From PVC group bacterium (GTDB taxonomy: Bacteria; GCA-001730085; JADFSZ01): a stretch of 9,316 nt of DNA. The stretch covers positions 1 to 9,316 of the forward strand of contig JADFSZ010000058.1 of assembly GCA_022560555.1 (NCBI GenBank), in the 5' to 3' direction. Position 1 is the stretch's first letter. Each line of letters begins with the position of its first letter. The translations under genes and the position numbers were made by a program. Shown here piece by piece: positions 5,718 to 9,316 of the stretch. The notes under the pieces are model-generated. The model saw only the letters and a program-made list of their open reading frames with translations. It did not search any database and was not told the origin of the DNA.

Positions 5718-5757
5718 GAATCTATTCTTAAATTCTTGAGAATACAAGAATAGATTC
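5718..5757 (+). terminator. AT-rich hairpin after the secreted-protein gene block (possible intrinsic terminator or operator)
   Basis: 12-bp perfect arms GAATCTATTCTT (5718-5729) / AAGAATAGATTC (5746-5757), with an inner ATTC/GAAT pairing (5732-5735 / 5740-5743). Followed by AATTTTAA. The low-GC stem and weak T-tract make terminator function uncertain. Confidence 0.35.
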
Positions 5758-5768
5758 AATTTTAAGAC

Positions 5769-5798
5769 TTGACCCCAATCGCTTCAATGGCTCACAAT
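5769..5798 (+). promoter_or_regulatory. Possible sigma70-type promoter for the downstream fusion gene
   Basis: TTGACC (5769-5774), an 18-nt spacer, then CACAAT (5793-5798). This would place the TSS a few nt before ATG 5811. Motif match only. Confidence 0.25.
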
Positions 5799-5810
5799 TG
5801 CTCAAAAACG

Positions 5811-8800
5811 ATGAATCAACCCAACTCCCTAAAATCCAAAGGTTTTCGATCCCTCCTGGTGACCCAGTTTCTGGGGGCCTTCAACGATAACGCTTTTAAA
5901 TTGGTGATCTTGCTCCTGGCCGTTAAGATGTTTGCCGATCAACCCGGCACGGCGACGACATATATCGCGCTCGCGGGAGCAATATTCATTCTTCCTTTTA
6001 TTATCTTCTCCGCCTACGCGGGGTATTTCGCGGATCGTTACAGCAAAAAACGGATCATTGTGCTGGCCAAATTCGCCGAAGCCGCCGTCATGATTCTTGG
6101 ATTGATCGCGTTTCTCGCCGAAAGTATTCCTCTCATGCTCGGTGTGCTGTTTTTGATGGGCACACAAAGCGCGTTTTTCAGTCCCGCCAAATACGGAATT
6201 CTCCCCGAAATTATGGATGATGAAGAATTGTCACAGGGAAACGGACAGATGCAGCTGTGGACTTTTATTGCTATTATTCTGGGCACTGCCATCGGAGGGC
6301 AACTACTGGATCTGTTTTCCGATCCTTATAAAATATCCTTTGTTTTTATTGCTATTTCCGTGATCGGAATATTTTCGAGCTTCTTTGTCACGGATGTCCA
6401 ACCAGCGGGCTCCCCAAGAGCCTTTCAGAAAAACTTTCTGAAAGATATGTGGATGACGCTTCGTGAAGTCAAAAAAGAAAAGGTTCTCTTTTTGTGCATT
6501 ATGGGGAGCGCGTTTTTTTGGTTTTTGGGCGCCATATATCAAATGAATATCGTGCTCTATGCCAAAACCATGATGGGCCTCAGTGATTCCGCCTCCGGAA
6601 TCCTGCTCACGGGTATTGCTTTGGGGGTTGGTGTGGGAAGTGTTCTGGCCGGAAAGTGGTCGGGAGAAAAAATCGAATTCGGACTGGTCCCTCTTGGTGC
6701 TATTGGGCTGGGTGTGACCTCGATCTTAATCGGGTTTAGTTATGAATCCTTTTTCTTCTCGCTGTTGCTGTTTTTTCTTCTCGGTATGAATTTCGGGTTT
6801 TTTAATATTCCCCTCACGGCTTACATTCAGCAAAAAAGTCCTCGGGACAGCAAGGGGCGCGTGATCGCCGCTAATAATTTTGTGTCCTTCTGCAGTATGA
6901 TCCTTTCATCCCTTGTATTGTTGGTACTGCGTAATTTTATACAGATTAGCCCGGCAGGGATTTTTGTCATTCTCGGTTTGGCGTCGTTCGTTGTCATAAT
7001 CTATATCTGCAAACTTTTACCTGATTTTCTGACTCGTTTTCTTGTTTGGCTGCTGACGCATACGTTTTACCGGATACGAATGGTAGGGCGTCAAAATGTT
7101 CCTAAAGAGGGCGGGGCTCTGTTGGTATGCAATCATGTCTCCTATGTGGATGGTTTTATCGTGACGGCCTGCATACAAAGGTTTATCCGAATGATGCTCG
7201 CAAGAGAGTTTTATGATATTAAATTCTTGAACCCTCTGTTTCGAGCGATGAAAGTCATCCCGATCTCACCGAAAGACGGACCGAAAAAAATGGCGAAAAG
7301 CCTGGAACAAGCCAGTGAATATCTCAGGCAAGGAGAGCTTGTCTGCATATTTGCCGAAGGCGGCATTACGCGCACCGGTAATATGCTGCCGTTCGGAAAA
7401 GGACTGGAGCGCGTGATGCGCCATGTGGATGTGCCGATCATTCCCGTCCATCTTGGCCATGTATGGGGAAGTATATTTAGTTTTGAAAGAGGAAAATTTT
7501 TAAGAAAAATCCCGAGGTATATCCCTTATCCTGTGACTGTTAGTTTTGGAAAACCTATGAACGCGAAATCAAAAACATATCAGGTGCGGCAAACGATCGA
7601 AGAATTGGGAGCGGAAGCCTTCCGGTATCGTAAAGATGAACAGGAGACATTGCCGTTTCGCTTTTATCGGCAGGCCCGTATGAATCCCTTTAAGTTTTGT
7701 ATGGCTGATTCGGGAGGAAAAAAATTAAATTATATACAAGCGTTGATAGGAACAATGGCCCTTTCAAAAGCAATCCGGAGACGATGCACGAGATACAAAA
7801 TGATCGGAATCATGCTGCCGAGTTCCGTTGTCGGAACGCTTGTCAATATCGCGATCTCGATGTTAGGGAAGGTCCCCGTCAATCTGAATTTTACATCATC
7901 CGAGGAGGCCCTCGCCAAAGCGATTGAAAAATGTGATATTAAATTTATTTTTACCTCTCGTGAACTTCGGGAAAAATTGAACATCAAAAAAACCGATATG
8001 ATGATCGATATGGAGGATTTTAAGAGTGAAGTTAGGCCCGTGGATAGGTGGCGGGCTTGTTTCGATATGCTCATGTGTCCGTTCTTTATTCTTAAGCGAT
8101 TGTATATGCATACACCGAAAGTCACCAACGATGATTTGGCTACCGTGATATTTTCGAGTGGGAGCACAGGAGATCCGAAAGGCGTCATGCTCTCCCATGC
8201 GAACATCAATTCGAATATTGAAGGGCTGTACCAGGTGTTTCACGCGGAAAAAAATGATATTGTTCTCGGTATATTGCCCCTGTTTCATTCATTTGGATTT
8301 ACCGGTACACTTTGGTATCCGCTCACTACAGGAATCGGGGTGGTGTATCACAGCAATCCTCTCGACTTTAAGACCATCGGAGAGATAGCCGGTAAATACA
8401 AAACGACGATTCTCATGGCCACGCCGACTTTTCTCATGGGATATATCCGCAGGTGTACACCGGAGCAATTCCGGTATTTACGGCAAGTTGTTGTCGGAGC
8501 CGAGAAACTAAAAGAACGAATTGCCGAATCATTTAAAAAGCGTTTTAATATAGCTCCTCTTGAAGCATACGGCTGCACGGAATTGTCCCCAATTGTTTCT
8601 CTGAATATTCCGGATGTGCAGCACGGCAAGATTCACCAGGTTGGACATAAGCCTGGAACCATCGGCCATCCGATCCCCGGCGTGGCGGTCAAAATCGTCG
8701 ATCCGGATACTTTTGAAGAAAAAGCGATAAACGAAGAAGGGATGTTACTTGTTAAAGGGCAAAATGTTATGCAGGGATATCTCAAAGATGATAAAAAAAC

Positions 8801-9215
8801 AAAAGAAGTGATGCATGACGGCTGGTATATTACGGGGGATATCGCGCTGGTGGATAATGACGGATTCATCACTATTAAAGACCGCTTGAGCCGGTTTAGT
8901 AAAATTGCCGGGGAAATGGTTCCCCATATTTGTGTGGAAGAAGAAATCCATCAGGCTCTGGGAGTGACGGAGGAGCAAGTTTGTGTCGTGACATCGGTGC
9001 CCGATGAACGAAAAGGAGAGGCATTGGCGGTGTTGTATAAAGGAGATATTGATATTGAATCCCTTTGGGAAAAACTGAACGCGTCAGAGCTGCCGAGACT
9101 ATGGGTTCCAAAAAAGGAATATTTTTATCAGATTGAGAAAATTCCCGTTTTGGGAAGCGGAAAGCTGGATCTAAAAAAAATCAAAACTCTGGCACAGGAA
9201 AAGTTCCTAGGCTAA
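5811..9215 (+). CDS. aas: Triple fusion: MFS lysophospholipid-transporter-like (LplT-like) domain, PlsC-type acyltransferase and acyl-ACP synthetase/AMP-ligase (Aas-like), ~1135 aa
   Basis: The N-terminal ~420 aa are polytopic and MFS-like (SLLVTQFLGAFNDNAFK..., FADRYSKKR). Acyltransferase HX4D motif NHVSYVDG (His 7134-7136, Asp 7149-7151) and FAEGGITRTG. Adenylation motifs SSGSTGDPKG (8154-8183), EAYGCTE, GWYITGD...IKDRLSRFSKIAGEMV and terminal GSGKLD. The track start TTG 5769 is replaced by ATG 5811 (MNQPNSLKSKGFRSLL...). ATG 5787 is also possible, and none has a good SD. Confidence 0.9.
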   Translation: MNQPNSLKSKGFRSLLVTQFLGAFNDNAFKLVILLLAVKMFADQPGTATTYIALAGAIFILPFIIFSAYAGYFADRYSKKRIIVLAKFAEAAVMILGLIAFLAESIPLMLGVLFLMGTQSAFFSPAKYGILPEIMDDEELSQGNGQMQLWTFIAIILGTAIGGQLLDLFSDPYKISFVFIAISVIGIFSSFFVTDVQPAGSPRAFQKNFLKDMWMTLREVKKEKVLFLCIMGSAFFWFLGAIYQMNIVLYAKTMMGLSDSASGILLTGIALGVGVGSVLAGKWSGEKIEFGLVPLGAIGLGVTSILIGFSYESFFFSLLLFFLLGMNFGFFNIPLTAYIQQKSPRDSKGRVIAANNFVSFCSMILSSLVLLVLRNFIQISPAGIFVILGLASFVVIIYICKLLPDFLTRFLVWLLTHTFYRIRMVGRQNVPKEGGALLVCNHVSYVDGFIVTACIQRFIRMMLAREFYDIKFLNPLFRAMKVIPISPKDGPKKMAKSLEQASEYLRQGELVCIFAEGGITRTGNMLPFGKGLERVMRHVDVPIIPVHLGHVWGSIFSFERGKFLRKIPRYIPYPVTVSFGKPMNAKSKTYQVRQTIEELGAEAFRYRKDEQETLPFRFYRQARMNPFKFCMADSGGKKLNYIQALIGTMALSKAIRRRCTRYKMIGIMLPSSVVGTLVNIAISMLGKVPVNLNFTSSEEALAKAIEKCDIKFIFTSRELREKLNIKKTDMMIDMEDFKSEVRPVDRWRACFDMLMCPFFILKRLYMHTPKVTNDDLATVIFSSGSTGDPKGVMLSHANINSNIEGLYQVFHAEKNDIVLGILPLFHSFGFTGTLWYPLTTGIGVVYHSNPLDFKTIGEIAGKYKTTILMATPTFLMGYIRRCTPEQFRYLRQVVVGAEKLKERIAESFKKRFNIAPLEAYGCTELSPIVSLNIPDVQHGKIHQVGHKPGTIGHPIPGVAVKIVDPDTFEEKAINEEGMLLVKGQNVMQGYLKDDKKTKEVMHDGWYITGDIALVDNDGFITIKDRLSRFSKIAGEMVPHICVEEEIHQALGVTEEQVCVVTSVPDERKGEALAVLYKGDIDIESLWEKLNASELPRLWVPKKEYFYQIEKIPVLGSGKLDLKKIKTLAQEKFLG

Positions 9216-9245
9216 TCTACTCAAATACTTATAAATATCTATAGA

Positions 9246-9279
9246 AGAATGACAAGAACCTCTATATAATAGTCATTCT
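9246..9279 (+). promoter_or_regulatory. 8-bp inverted repeat enclosing a perfect TATAAT box
   Basis: AGAATGAC (9246-9253) / GTCATTCT (9272-9279) flank TATAAT (9265-9270). There is no convincing -35 at 16-18 nt spacing. It lies upstream of the SD/ATG at 9293-9306. Confidence 0.2.
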
Positions 9280-9303
9280 GGTATACTTAGATAGGAGGCG
9301 TTT

Positions 9304-9316
9304 ATGAGAAAGAGGA
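9304..9316 (+). CDS. 5' end of a downstream ORF (partial, product unknown)
   Basis: AGGAGG (9293-9298) lies 5 nt before ATG 9304 (MRKR...). Only 4 codons are in the window. Confidence 0.4.

Noticed and set aside
5769-5810. TTG 5769 (track start) or ATG 5787 as start of the fusion gene
   Set aside because: Neither has an SD, TTG 5769 coincides with the best -35-like hexamer, and the extra residues (MTPIASMAHNCSKT) add nothing MFS-like. This is kept as an alternative rather than excluded outright.
8158-8388. 76-aa + strand ORF in an alternative frame inside the fusion gene
   Set aside because: It is fully embedded in the adenylation domain coding region, whose own frame carries the SSGSTGDPKG motif. 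No independent signals support it.
123-9111. All minus-strand ORFs in the track (64-159 aa; e.g. 123-323, 825-1082, 2979-3347, 5829-6167, 7730-8209, 7896-8288, 8348-8629)
   Set aside because: Each lies entirely antisense to a long + strand gene with recognisable motifs. Their translations are compositionally odd (Arg/Ser/Pro/Cys-rich, no motifs) and none has an evident SD. They are most simply shadow ORFs.

Overview
All genes I can support are on the + strand, and I saw no rRNA, tRNA or CRISPR array. Nothing here was checked against a database or HMM; all calls come from reading the sequence and the ORF track.

Left to right:
1. 2-103: the last ~33 codons of an upstream ORF.
2. 171-815: an AT-rich HUH/Y1 (IS200/RAYT-type) transposase gene. 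It is bracketed by two copies of one 34-nt hairpin motif (110-143 and 819-852, 32/34 identical) in the same orientation.
3. 862-3159: a ~765-aa signal-peptide protein with an N-terminal LamG/ConA-like domain and about five Ig-like beta-sandwich repeats.
4. 3299-3685: an AT-rich GxxExxY-family PD-(D/E)XK gene. It is bracketed by CGCGGAT-type heptamer arrays on opposite strands (3160-3262 and 3707-3750).
5. 3666-4937: a 423-aa prepilin-type (FTLLE) pseudopilin whose whole leader peptide is encoded by the right-hand heptamer array.
6. 4948-5397 and 5434-5709: two small signal-peptide proteins.
7. 5718-5757: an AT-rich hairpin.
8. 5811-9215: a ~1135-aa MFS(LplT-like)-PlsC-acyltransferase-acyl-ACP-synthetase (Aas-like) triple fusion.
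9. 9304 onward: the first codons of another gene.

The two observations most worth follow-up are these. First, the nuclease-like GxxExxY cassette with TIR-like heptamer ends sits exactly between an adhesin-like gene and a pseudopilin gene. Second, the compact hairpin-bounded Y1 transposase unit ends 9 nt upstream of the adhesin-like gene's start codon.

The host is probably an uncultivated bacterium. A PVC/Omnitrophota-like origin is only a guess, based on the protein types present.
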